Shown here: positions 1 to 10,562 of the stretch, one piece after another
Numbering within the stretch: position 1 is the first letter of the stretch
Layout of the letters: each line of letters opens with the position of its first letter
Origin: an uncultured Chthonomonadaceae bacterium
GTDB lineage: Bacteria; Armatimonadota; Chthonomonadetes; Chthonomonadales; Chthonomonadaceae
Reading direction: 5' to 3'
Length of the DNA: 64,000 nucleotides
Assembly: GCA_963817895.1 (NCBI GenBank)
Contig: CAWFQB010000014.1
Span: 544,001 to 608,000 of the forward strand
Notes under the pieces: generated by a model
Told to the model about the DNA's origin: nothing
Seen by the model: the letters and a program-made list of their open reading frames with translations, nothing else
Database searches by the model: none
Position numbers and translations under genes: made by a program

Positions 1-111
1 ACCTCTGATGGCCGTCCGATACAAACTATCGCTTTGCCCGCAGGTATGCAGCCCTTTGGAGTAGCGACCACCGGTGCTGGCGGGTTATGGATCAGCGGAA
101 CGCTTTCCTGA
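1..111 (+). CDS. 3' end of an upstream gene, probable beta-propeller repeat protein (partial)
   Basis: Frame 1 reads TSDGRPIQTIALPAGMQPFGVATTGAGGLWISGTLS* to TGA at 109-111; P-x-G-V-A...G-x-L-W resembles NHL/Vgb blades. Confidence 0.55.
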   Translation, partial: TSDGRPIQTIALPAGMQPFGVATTGAGGLWISGTLS

Positions 112-220
112 CATTACTGCCCACAGTCTCGCAATACAAGTATGCTCGCAGCCCATGCCGGTACGGATGGAAAGCGGCAGTTCTCATCGTCACGCCACTC
201 TCAAAAAGGAGAATTGCTTT

Positions 221-1155
221 ATGTTCCCACGTTTCTGGAAGTCTCTATCCGCCCTGACTGTTTGCGCCGCGCTTTCACTGCTGTTGCCCTGCGCGGACGC
301 GGCGGCGCAGAACCTTTTGGTCAGCGAGTATGGCAACAACCGCGCGTTTCAATTTGCGCCTGACGGAACCAATCTGGGCGTCTTCTGCTCCGGCTCAGCC
401 GACGGCGGCACTCGCTTTTTTGGCATGGCACTTGATGCAAGCGGTAACCTGTATGTTGCCAGGTCGGCTATTCCTGGCCTCGTTTCCCGCTACTCCCCAA
501 CAGGCGCCGATCTGGGCGTCTTCGCAACGAACGGCCTGATAGCAGCCACCGACGTCAAATTCGATACGGCAGGCAATCTTTACGTCTGCAGTTTCGGCAA
601 TGACACAGTGCATCGTTATTCCTCTACCGGCGCAGATTGGGTGTATTTGCCTCGGTGCATACCGCACAAGACCTTGCCTTCGCACAAAACGGTGATCTCT
701 TCGTTACCGATTATGTAGACGGCAACGTGCATCGCTTCTCGGCGTCAGGGCAGGACATGGGTATTTTCGCCAGCGGATTCTCCTCTCCGGTAGGATTGGC
801 ATTCGATGCCGCAGGCAACCTGTACGTGGTGAACCGAGATCAGCACAATGTTCGTCGCTTTTCTTCCACCGGAACCGATCTGGGCATTTTCGCATCATCG
901 GGCTTGTCTGATCCGCTTGATCTCACTTTCGGCCCGGACAGCGATCTCTACGTAACCGATTTCGCTAATGGCGCGGTACGACGTTTCTCCCCCACCGGGG
1001 CCGACCTGGGCAACTTCGCCACAGGTCTGGCGAACCCGGCGGGACTCATATTTCTCCCGGCTCCCGCCGCCGTTCCCGAACCCGGAACTCTGGCCTGGCT
1101 GATAGGGGCTGTCGTCGCAGGCGCAGGTTTCCACCGCCGCTCCCGCCGTTCCTAA
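221..1155 (+). CDS. PEP-CTERM sorting-domain protein with NHL/SMP-30-like beta-propeller repeats (frameshift near 638)
   Basis: Signal peptide; repeated FD-x-AGNLYV...RFSPTGADLGxFA units split across ORFs 74..718 and 637..1155; C-terminal VPEPGT + TM helix + RRSRRS. Confidence 0.85.
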
Positions 1156-1327
1156 ACCGCACCGTCACGCAATGCAACACGCCTCTTCGCTTGCCCTGCC
1201 CCGGAAGACGGAGAGGTTTGTTGTACTCAGGTTTGTACCTCAATGGCGCTATTCTCAATGAGGGGTTTCAATTCCTTACTCTGAACAACCATGAGTAGCC
1301 CTCCTTTCAAACTATAGGTATTGCTTC

Positions 1328-2815
1328 CTACGCGCTTTCCTCGCTTGTGATTGCGCCTGCCGTCCGCAGCAATTCGGCTATTTCGTGCCGCCGTAATTCA
1401 ACTGCGTAGTCCAACGGTGTAAGGCAGTAATCGCTTTGCGCGTTGACGTCCGCCCCTGCTGCAATCAGCAACCTCACGATTTCGCGCATGTCCGCCTGAA
1501 CTGCGCGAACCTCATCGTCCTCATGTATGTTTTTGTCCGCTCCGGGAACAATGGCGCAAATCAACGCCGTGTTGCCCTGCGCGTTACGGCGGTTCGGATC
1601 GGCTCCGGCTTCCAATAAGAGGCGAACTGTTGCCAGCGCCCCACATTCGCAGGCAACCATCAGGGCCGTATAATCCACGTCATTGCCGACATTCACGTCA
1701 CAGCCCGCGCCCAATAGCAGGTTTATCAGTAACACATTGTTCTCATGAGCGGCTTCCATCAGGGGCGTCAAGCCCCGATAGTTTCCCTTTTCCGTCTGCT
1801 CTCCCTCCGGTCCAAAAATCAAGGCAAGCAATTTGGCTCTGCCAGCCGCGCCGCCAAGCCGTTCGCCAATCTCTACGGGCTGCATGTTCATGCGGATACC
1901 GAGCGTGGTTTCGAGCAGCACAGACAGAACTTCCGTTTGTCCTTCCTCCGATGCCGCCTCAAAGGGCGTCAGGTTCCAACTCTCCTGCCTATTCGCGCCA
2001 TAAGGGTCGGCGCCTTTTTCCAGCAGCAGCCGCACAATGGAAACATGTCCCTTCTGTGCGGCATAGACGAGTGCCGTTTCGCCTCTCGCATCACGCCAAT
2101 CCGGGTCTATCCCCTGCTGTAGTAGATGTCGAACGGTTTCCTCATCCCCTACGGCAGCCGCTTCAGTAAACGTGATTTCCGCTCCCGCCTGTCGCAGCAA
2201 ATCAACGGTTTCGCGGTCGCCGCCATCTGCGGCCAGAATCATAGGCGTAAATACGGTACGTTCATTGTGAATGTCACATCGCGGATGCGCGTCCGCTCCA
2301 CGCTCCAGCAACAGGTGAATGGTTCTGCGACGACTCAACCTATCTTCTTCATTCAGCCTGCAATTCGATCCAACCTGAATAGCAGACATCAAAGCTGTCC
2401 ATCCATCCGATTTGGCGCTATTTACATCCACGCCCCGATCAATCAACCGGTACAGCAGGGACAGGTTGCAACGTCCGGCTGCCAAAAGCAGCGCATTAAC
2501 GGCGCGGCGAGCCTGCGCTTCGGATGTTCCCCAATCCAGCAGCAGATCAATGGCATCGTACTCGCCATGCGTCAACGCCTGTTCCATGGCCGTATAGCCT
2601 TCATAATCTTTTTCATCCGGGTCAACCCCAAGCGTGTGCAACAAACTCATGATTTCCAGATTACCCATGTATGCCGCTACGCCAAGAGGAGTTTCTCCAT
2701 ACCGACCGTACGTTTCCAATCGTTCGCCGCTGTCCAACGCCTGCCATACCTTATCAACATCACCTGTTCGTATCGCGGTAATCAGCGCGCCATCCCAGTT
2801 TTCAGAGTAGCTCAT
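1328..2815 (-). CDS. Ankyrin repeat protein
   Basis: Many G-x-TPL/TAL-x-x-AA...LL-x-x-GADVN repeats; likely start MSYSENW at 2815 after AAGGAG. Confidence 0.9.
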   Translation of the reverse strand: MSYSENWDGALITAIRTGDVDKVWQALDSGERLETYGRYGETPLGVAAYMGNLEIMSLLHTLGVDPDEKDYEGYTAMEQALTHGEYDAIDLLLDWGTSEAQARRAVNALLLAAGRCNLSLLYRLIDRGVDVNSAKSDGWTALMSAIQVGSNCRLNEEDRLSRRRTIHLLLERGADAHPRCDIHNERTVFTPMILAADGGDRETVDLLRQAGAEITFTEAAAVGDEETVRHLLQQGIDPDWRDARGETALVYAAQKGHVSIVRLLLEKGADPYGANRQESWNLTPFEAASEEGQTEVLSVLLETTLGIRMNMQPVEIGERLGGAAGRAKLLALIFGPEGEQTEKGNYRGLTPLMEAAHENNVLLINLLLGAGCDVNVGNDVDYTALMVACECGALATVRLLLEAGADPNRRNAQGNTALICAIVPGADKNIHEDDEVRAVQADMREIVRLLIAAGADVNAQSDYCLTPLDYAVELRRHEIAELLRTAGAITSEESA

Positions 2816-2826
2816 TTCCGCTCCTT

Positions 2827-3648
2827 TTACGCGCCGACTGCGGAATACTGTTTGATGCCGCCCGCCCACAGCAGGCGAAATACAATAATGCCAATGACGA
2901 GCCAGACGGTTTGCAGCGCGAAACCGGGCAGAATTTGCGCGGTTGGAACCCTGCCGAGCGCGAGTTCTACGGGAAACGCGCCCATGCCGCGAAAGGGCGA
3001 ATACAGGGCCAGTACGCCGAGCCAGCCGGGCATCAGACTGAGTGGCGCAATCCGGCCCGATAGAAAACTGTCCAGCGTGAAGTACAGTTGGTTGAGCGCC
3101 TCGACTCGCGTTGTCCAGAAGGCGATAACCGCAAGGCTGTACTGCCATACGTAGCGCAAAATGCCCGCCAGTATCAGCGCGGGAAGGGACAGCAGCAATC
3201 CCATGCCGCTGTGCGGAAGCGTCGGCTTGAACAGGTAAAATAGCAGTATCCAGATGGGCAGCAGCATCGCGCTGGTACACAGTTTGAAAGCAATGTTATT
3301 CGCCACATCCGTATGAATGGGGTGCATCGGCTTCAGCAGGCGTGGCGACAGATTGCCATCCTTCACCCGAAACGCGAACTCGAAAGCGTCCCACGACATC
3401 GTGAGATGCCCGAAAATCATAAATACGAGGAAGTACGCCGCGAAATCCGCCTGACCGTATGTTGCGCCATTGGCCGCATTTTGAACCGCGCCGCCCTTTG
3501 AGGCCGTTGCCGCCGACCAGACGGCAAGCGAAATCAGCGGCCCGACAAAGCCCCACACCGCCCATATCAGAATGGCGAAGCGGTACTGAAGCATGGCGGC
3601 AATCGCTGTTTTCAAGTTCGCGCGGTACACGTTCAGCCAGTAAGCCAT
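2827..3648 (-). CDS. ABC-2 family transporter permease
   Basis: About 6 TM segments; G-x-L-x-x-x-LLKP and LSG-x-IAPL motifs; directly downstream of ABC ATPase. Confidence 0.85.
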   Translation of the reverse strand: MAYWLNVYRANLKTAIAAMLQYRFAILIWAVWGFVGPLISLAVWSAATASKGGAVQNAANGATYGQADFAAYFLVFMIFGHLTMSWDAFEFAFRVKDGNLSPRLLKPMHPIHTDVANNIAFKLCTSAMLLPIWILLFYLFKPTLPHSGMGLLLSLPALILAGILRYVWQYSLAVIAFWTTRVEALNQLYFTLDSFLSGRIAPLSLMPGWLGVLALYSPFRGMGAFPVELALGRVPTAQILPGFALQTVWLVIGIIVFRLLWAGGIKQYSAVGA

Positions 3649-3650
3649 GT

Positions 3651-4637
3651 TTATACTTTCGCTTCCTGAAACACCTGATCTATGATGGCGTCAATGGAGG
3701 GGTCTTCAACGGTCAGGTCGAGGACGGGCAGTTCGGCAAGCAGGCGGGCGACGATGGGGGACGTGTCGGCGCGAGGCAGGCGCAGCGTCACTTTCACGCC
3801 CTCCAGTTCGGTCACTTCGCCGTACTGTTCGGCCCGTTTCGCGCTTGCCTCGTCCGCCAGTTCCAGCCGCGCGAGTTTGAACGGCGCGATTTTATCCGTC
3901 AGGTCGGACAACGCGCCGTCGTACAGCAGCGTCCCTTTGTGAATCACGATGACCCGCTTGCACAAAGCGGTCACGTCCGCCATGTAGTGCGACGTGAGCA
4001 GGATTGTCGCGCCGTGCCGCTCGTTGTGCGATTGGATGAACTGCCGGATGCGTGTTTGCATGGTCACGTCCACGCCAATCGTCGGCTCATCCAGAAACAG
4101 CACCTGCGGGCGATGCAACAGGGCGGCGCACAATTCGCATTTCATCCGTTCGCCCAATGACAGCCCGCGCACAGGCTTCTTTATCAACTCTTTCAAATCC
4201 AGCAACGTTACCAGTTCGTCGAGCGTCTCGTGAAACTGCTTTGCCGGTATCTGGTAAATGGCCTGATTGACCAGAAACGAGTCCATCGCGGGAATGTCCC
4301 ACACCAGTTGGTTGCGGTTGCCCATGACGAGGCTGATGTTGCGCAGCAAGTCCGATTCCCGCTTCCACGGAACGCGCCCCAGAACCCGCGCTTCGCCGCC
4401 TGTCGGATGCAGCAGCCCGGCCAGCATTTTCAGGGTCGTGGTTTTGCCCGCGCCGTTCGGCCCCAAAAACCCCACTACTTCTCCGGGCGCAACCGTAAAC
4501 GACACCCCCTCGACGGCTTTTACTTCCTTGTACTTGCGTTTGAACAGGCTTTGAAGAGACGCCTTTGCGCCCGCTTCTCGCTCGTGGACGCGGTACGTTT
4601 TTTGCAGATTTTCCAGTTGAATTTGTGGATTGCTCAT
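3651..4637 (-). CDS. ABC transporter ATP-binding protein
   Basis: Walker A GPNGAGKT, signature LSLGE, Walker B LFLDEPT, H-loop TSH. Confidence 0.95.
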   Translation of the reverse strand: MSNPQIQLENLQKTYRVHEREAGAKASLQSLFKRKYKEVKAVEGVSFTVAPGEVVGFLGPNGAGKTTTLKMLAGLLHPTGGEARVLGRVPWKRESDLLRNISLVMGNRNQLVWDIPAMDSFLVNQAIYQIPAKQFHETLDELVTLLDLKELIKKPVRGLSLGERMKCELCAALLHRPQVLFLDEPTIGVDVTMQTRIRQFIQSHNERHGATILLTSHYMADVTALCKRVIVIHKGTLLYDGALSDLTDKIAPFKLARLELADEASAKRAEQYGEVTELEGVKVTLRLPRADTSPIVARLLAELPVLDLTVEDPSIDAIIDQVFQEAKV

Positions 4638-4912
4638 GGATGTGAAGAGAAACAGGACTTTTAGAGTAACGTGTTGTAAACTGCCCGCTTATTTCGACAC
4701 GATAATGGAACACTCCTGCCGACACGCGCAAAAATGTACGTCACTTTTTGATATTTTCAACCTCTGCTGAAATCGTACCGCCATGAGAAGAACTGTGAAA
4801 CGTTCGGCTATCGCAGAGGTGCTATAATTACCGGGAAACCAACACTTATGCCTTCAGAATGTGCGGCAGTATCTTTCTTGCTTACCCGCTCTGCTTTGCT
4901 CAAGGATATACT

Positions 4913-5680
4913 ATGAACTATCTCAACGGTTTTGCTGCGCCCCTTGCAATATCCATTGCCGGTACGCTCACACTGCTGTTTCTCGCGCGCCGTTTTCCCG
5001 TCGTCAACCGCCTGCGCTCCAATAACGACGTGCTTGGCGTGTACTTCTCCCTGATTGGAACCATTTACGCGATTGTCATGGCGTTCATGCTTGCCAGCGT
5101 GTGGACGCGATTCGATCAGGCGAGTTCGCAGGCGGAACAGGAGGCGGCTACCCTCGTCAACATGTTTCACCTTGCTGACGGCCTGCCTGACGCCGACCGC
5201 GCCCGCCTGCAAATGGAAGTCCGCGATTACGCCAAACTGGTAATCAGCAAAGAGTGGCCCGCCATGCGGCAGGGACATTCCGACCCACAGGCCGACAAAC
5301 TGCATCATCAACTCTGGCATGATGCGCAGGCGCTTCAGCCCCGCACAAACCACGATACCAACATTCACGCGCAGTTGCTCCAACAGTTGACCACGCTTGC
5401 CACGCTGCGCCGCCTGCGCCTGCTCGTCAGCAAATCGGGATTGCCCAACATTCTCTGGTTTGTGCTAATTGCCGGGGCCGCGCTGCTCATCGTCATCACC
5501 GCGCTGTACGGAGAAGACCCCTATCCCGCGCACGGCGTCAAAGCCGCCCTGCTTGCCACCATTCTCGTTCTGATTTTATACGCGACATGGGAAATAGACG
5601 GCCCGTTTCAGGGCAGCGTGATCGTCACGCCGGAAGCCTTTGTGGAAGCGGTGAAAGTGTGCGAGGAACCGAGGCCATAG
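4913..5680 (+). CDS. DUF4239-like (bestrophin-like) membrane protein
   Basis: IGTIYAIVMAF...EA, EWP, R-x-x-R and D-x-PF-x-G motifs; 4 TM helices. Confidence 0.7.
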   Translation: MNYLNGFAAPLAISIAGTLTLLFLARRFPVVNRLRSNNDVLGVYFSLIGTIYAIVMAFMLASVWTRFDQASSQAEQEAATLVNMFHLADGLPDADRARLQMEVRDYAKLVISKEWPAMRQGHSDPQADKLHHQLWHDAQALQPRTNHDTNIHAQLLQQLTTLATLRRLRLLVSKSGLPNILWFVLIAGAALLIVITALYGEDPYPAHGVKAALLATILVLILYATWEIDGPFQGSVIVTPEAFVEAVKVCEEPRP

Positions 5681-5717
5681 GCATACAGTTCATTCGGAGT
5701 TACGAAACTGCAATTTG

Positions 5718-5852
5718 AAACCGCAAAGGCGCAAAGCAAGCAAAGGGATACGAACGCAAATGAGGCAGGCTAGCGAAGAGATTATTTTATCGCTACGCGT
5801 TTCTCTCGCTGCTTCTTTGCATCCCTTTGCTTGCTTTGCGCCTTTGCGGTTT
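5718..5852. repeat. Perfect 32-bp inverted repeat built from GCAAAG units between convergent genes
   Basis: AAACCGCAAAGGCGCAAAGCAAGCAAAGGGAT (5718-5749) and its exact reverse complement (5821-5852). Confidence 0.9.
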
Positions 5853-5879
5853 TACTGCTTATTCTACTTCTTGCTGTGT

Positions 5880-6744
5880 TTACGGCCAGCGAAAAGGTGT
5901 CGCAGATATTCTGGTCGAGGATGGGATGGTTGGGGTCGGTGTTGTCGGGGATGCCCGTATTGGCGCAGCCCGCGTTGCCGTTGTCGCACATGTCGGGGAA
6001 GAAGGGATAGGCGTTGATGAGTTTGCAGCCGGTCAGGTTCTTGCTTGTGCCGATGCTCTGGCCTTTCAGCCATTTGGCGTGGCCGTCGAAGAAGGTGCAG
6101 TTGACGCCCTCCTGATGCCGGTCGCCCGCGATCTTCATGCGCCGATAGGTCGGATAGTAGTTGAAATCGCCGTTAAATGGCTCGATCCAGCTATCCGTGA
6201 TGGCCGTCTGCGTTGCGCCCGCTGTCACGTCCCATTTATCCGTTAAGATGATGGTTTCGGCGGGAAACTCCAACTGTGGCAGACTCAATCCTTCTGCCGC
6301 GCGAATGGCGATATACGAGCGCTTGATGGACTTGACATTGTTGAGGTCCGCGCTCAGGGCGGGCGCAGGATCGCTTGGACACACCAGCACTTGCAGGTTT
6401 TTCAGGTACGGCTGCAACGCGTTCCACCACAAAGCGCGGTCATAGTCGGCATTATCCCCGGCGGGAAACGCGGCTCCCGTTCGTGACAGCGTAGCCTTGC
6501 CCGGACTGTTGGCGCGAAAGAACAACTGCTCGTCATAGTCCTGCACGTACATCTGCGTGGCTGTCCCCATCTGCTTCTCGTTGGACAAACATGAAATGGA
6601 ACGCGCCTTTTCCCGCGCCTGCGCAAACACAGGAAACAGAATCGCGGCGAGAATCGCGATAATGGCGATCACGACGAGCAATTCAATCAGAGTAAAGCCG
6701 GTGTTTGGTGTTCGGTGTTCGGTGTTCGGTATAAAGCAACGCAT
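5880..6744 (-). CDS. Prepilin-type N-terminal cleavage/methylation, DUF1559/H-X9-DG protein
   Basis: G^[48 protein letters not shown]. As sequenced the ORF runs to 5782; removing one T of a T4 run gives ...DTFRWP* ending at 5880 (inferred). Confidence 0.85.
6700..6730. repeat. Heptamer tandem repeat (GGTGTTC) x4.4 inside the prepilin leader
   Basis: GGTGTTT GGTGTTC GGTGTTC GGTGTTC GGT, encoding [10 protein letters not shown]. Confidence 0.9.
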
Positions 6745-6789
6745 GGTTTTCTCCCGATACAATACACTGCTGAACCTTGAAAGAATGCC

Positions 6790-6896
6790 GTAGGGACACA
6801 ACATGTTGTGTCCCCATGGACGATTGTGTCCCCATGGATGAAATTACGCCTGAACAGGCGTTTTCCACGCGAGGACACAACATGTTGTGTCTCTAC
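6790..6896. repeat. REPIN-like doublet of GTAG-led palindromes
   Basis: GTAG+GGACACAACATGTTGTGTCC (6790-6813) and inverted copy GGACACAACATGTTGTGTC+TCTAC (6873-6896). Confidence 0.8.
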
Positions 6897-6921
6897 GAAC
6901 TGGAACATTCCACATCTATAG

Positions 6922-6972
6922 CCTCCCCTCTCCTAGCGCGTTGCGCGGCAAGGAGAGGGGCCGGGGGTGAGG
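6922..6972. repeat. CCTCA...CTCC-loop-GGAG palindromic dispersed repeat (family A)
   Basis: CCTCCCCTCTCCT...AGGAGAGGGGCCGGGGGTGAGG. Confidence 0.8.
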
Positions 6973-6975
6973 TTC

Positions 6976-9900
6976 CTAATCGTCATCATCGCGGGGCGCG
7001 GGGCCTTTGACGACGTTGCAGGCGAGGGCGTAGAGATGCGCCTGTGTCGCCTTGTACTGCGGGGCTTTTAGATGGCCTCTCTTGACGGCGGCTTTGTGCA
7101 GGTCGTCGGCTCTCATGCTCAGGCGGGTAATCACGCCAAGCCGGTGGCTGTCGCGATCCGGGCCGCTCAGGTCGAGGTTTTTCACCAATGCCCAGATACG
7201 ATGCCCCTCTATGGTGGGCGCATATTTCGCCATGCGGGTGAAAGAACCCTGCGTCAGCGTGATGCCGTTGTATGTGGATTGGAACATATCGCGCAGGTCG
7301 GTGGTGAACAGGTCGCCCAGATTGTTGGGGGGAAGGCCGAGCAGAAGCTCTTCCGTTTTCACTATAGAGGCCGTGCTGTAGTGCTGTTTCGCCAGATAGC
7401 CCGGTTTGGCGTAGGGGCTGATAACCACAAGCGGCGTCCGATGCTGGTGGATGTGATCCAGCGTGGATTGCGCGTCATCAACAGAAAAGATGATTGCGCT
7501 GCCCGTGCCGTCGCCGCCCGTCTTCGGGTCACTGTAGTACACCGAACTGTGCATGATGTGCTGAATAATCATGCCCACCGCCACATCGCCGTCCGCCACC
7601 TGCTGCGCGGCTGTTGGCGACGCGATATTGGTGGCCCGCGTTCCGCCCGTGTGCATGTTCGGCACGTAGATGTAGAGGAACTGCGGCAGGACGCCCGCCG
7701 CGTTCATCCGGTCGAAGTCGGCAATGAATTCCTGAGCGCGGCGCTGATCCGAAATGTTGAAGTTGTATCCGGGATAGCTTTTGTCGAGGCGCGGTTCGCC
7801 GCTCGGATTGTTGGTTCCCACAACAGCCAAACCCGGATAGGCCATAAAGAACGTTTGCCCGACACCATAGGGACGCGCCTGCCCATTCGGACGAAAGAAG
7901 GGGGTCGTCACATCTCCCAGATTGACAAGCGGACTGGCGATTGTGGGCGGGTTGTTCGTGGAAAGGGCCGGATAACCCATTTTGCCGCTTGCCGGATCGT
8001 TGAGCGAGGCGGGCGTACTGTCGCCCGTGTCCGTGCCGATGATACGCGCGCGCTTCCAGTCCGTACAGTTTGAAGTCTACGCCGTTGCGGGCGGCGTTGT
8101 TGTAGATGTAGCCGCTTTCCGGGTAATCCTCCACTTCGAAATTCTTGTTGACCAGCATGCCCCTGCCGCTTTTGTTGAGCAGAGTTTTTTCCATGTAATC
8201 GGAAGCCGTTCCCGACGCGCAGAACTGATGTCCGGCATCAGACTCTTCCGAATCGGAGTAGTAGTTTACGCCCGTCGCGAATGTTCGCGCCAGCAGTTGA
8301 ATGTTGGGTACGACGCCCGTAAACTGCGCCTGATTGGCGTTGACGCTGCCGTTCTGGTTGTTGAACGTCGCGCTGGCAAACGCGCCGAAATGGTTCTGGT
8401 TGCCAAGAAAACTGTCGAACGTCTTGTTTTCGCCCAATACGAAGAACACATGCTTGATTTTGGCGGAAGCCGCGCCGCCCGCAGGCACAATACTGGTATC
8501 CACGCTGTTCTGGAACGCGAAATTGTTGCCAAGCGCGGTGGCATTATCCAGTTTGAGCGTGGTCAGATCAATCTTCTGCGCCGTGCCGAAAATGTAGTTG
8601 CTGTCCGTAAAGGATTCCACGCCCGTCGGATTGTGCGCCCCGCCGACAGTTTTGGGGTTGATGTCCTCGCCGATGCCTTTGGCGTTGATGACGAACAGGG
8701 TTTTGCCGTCCGCGCTGATGTTCACGCCAGTGGGATACCAGTTCGTGGGGATGCGTCCGAGCAGTTTGGGCGCGGCGGGGTTGGCAGTATCCAGCACGGC
8801 CACGCTGTTGATCCCGGCTTCCGCCACATACGCCCGCGTGTTGTCCGGCGAAACCACAATCGCGTTCGGGTACGCGCCATGCACTTTATGCCCGTCCGCG
8901 AGCGTGAGGTTGATGGGCGCAAGGTTGAAATCGTCCAGTTTGCGGTTGTCGTTGACGACGATCAGGCCGATACTATCGCTGTTGGCCTTGCACACATACA
9001 GGACTTCCTGCGTCCCCTTGCGGACAATGGCGGTCGCGGAGGGGTGCGTGTCGCCCACCTGATAAAGCGGGTCAATGCCGATGGGATACGCGGGATCGAA
9101 GCCGCCGGGTTGCCCCTCGTAAATCGCGCCAAGCGTGGTCGCGTTTGCGGGATTGCCGCCCGGAACGGACACGATGGAGATGGAGGAGGTTTTCGGGTTC
9201 GCGCCCGTCGCGCTGATCGGCGGCACGTACCAGCCGTCCGGCAATTGCCCGATGCCCTGCGCGGTGATGGGGTTGAGCGTGGTCAGGTTGCCGCTCGCGT
9301 CATACGTCACATTGCCGAACTTGTATTCGGTAATGCCCCAATTGGAAACCATCACTTTGCTGCCGTCTTTGCTGACGGACACGCCATAAGGGAAATACCC
9401 GACAGCCACCTGCTTGATAACCGCGTTTGTCGTGGTATCAATCACGGCAAGGCTGTTATCGCCGTTGCAGGCCACGTACAAATAACGTCCATCCGAGCTG
9501 AGGGCGGAACCAGCGGGAAACGTGATTTTCGCGCCGCCCGCGCTGTACCCGGAGGGACGATAGACGGTTCCATTCTCGCCGGGGATACTCGCCTGCGAAC
9601 CGGGCGCGACCGTATAATTAGATACATAACCCTGATTTTTGGGCAGAATAGGCGCAATGGTAATGGACGCGCCCGCGCTGATAATGCCGGTAGGCGCGAT
9701 GCTGAATGTTTTCACGCTGTTGCTCGGTCCGGCGGAAGCGTACAGCGTGTACGGGCTGTTACCTTTAACCTGTAGGCCGATGTAAACCGGGCCGGCAGTG
9801 GCGACCTGCGATACCACCGTCATATCGGAAGTTCGCAGCACGGAAAGCGAGTAGCCGCCGATGTTGACCGCGCTTTGCAGCGATGTCATGCCCCCATCGC

Positions 9901-10261
9901 GCTCATCGTCGTTGCTGGTAATCAGATACTTGCCGTCCGGCGTCAGGATAGAACCAAGCGGGTTCATGCCGATCTGTACTGTCTGACCGGCGGGAGTCAC
10001 CTTGCGGCCGTTGGGCAATATTCCGGCAAAGTAACTGCCAAGTTTATTCGGTCCGGCAAACAGTTCGGCCCCGGCATAAACGCCTCCCTCCGATGTGCCG
10101 ATAAGCGGGGTCGTCACCTGCCCCCAATTCTTCGCGGTAATCACCTGCGCCCGCGCAAGCGTCACGGACAAGACGAGAGGCGCGACAGCGCCCACAGCGC
10201 CCACCCCGCGCAGCAGACGACGCGAGGCCGTAAACGTCCGTATTGTGCATGGATATTTCAT
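6976..10261 (-). CDS. YncE/YVTN beta-propeller fused to phosphoesterase/alkaline-phosphatase-like domain (frameshift near 8045)
   Basis: Signal peptide, LPNGRKVTPAG, VGYFPYGV and RIPTNWYPTGV blades, IKHVFFVLGENKTFD, DDAQ-x-x-x-DHI and ISPYAKPGY; ORFs 7529..10261 and 6976..7980 join across a GCGCGC run. Confidence 0.85.
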
Positions 10262-10283
10262 GTGGATTTGCTTCTCCTTTGAT

Positions 10284-10312
10284 ATTCGCGTTCATTCGCG
10301 TTCATTCGCGGC
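10284..10312. repeat. Decamer tandem repeat (ATTCGCGTTC) x3
   Basis: ATTCGCGTTC ATTCGCGTTC ATTCGCGGC just upstream of the phosphoesterase gene. Confidence 0.8.
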
Positions 10313-10562
10313 TATTTAGAATTCCTCTGCCTCGTTTGCCCTTCGCCCGCGTTACGGGAAAGATAGTGAATAGGAACGCCCGTAGCCGCCAGAATTCTTG
10401 TGTTATAGAGTGTACCCGTCGTGTTGCTGCTAAAGAGGATACATCTGCATCAAACCGCATTTTTCAATTTTTGCTGAATGGCGGCGGCAGGAAATTGGAT
10501 ACGCCGCGTAGAAGCATAGAGGCAGTACAGAACGCGATTTGCAAAATTCAAAGGAGAACACA

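Noticed and set aside
1264..1280. GTTTCAATTCCTTA resembling a CRISPR repeat start
   Set aside because: Single occurrence, no spacers, no cas genes in the window.
7982..9775. Long antisense ORFs (also 19094..20143, 27215..28426, 43143..44276, 58233..60107)
   Set aside because: Shadow frames opposite well-supported genes in GC-rich DNA; no recognisable motifs.
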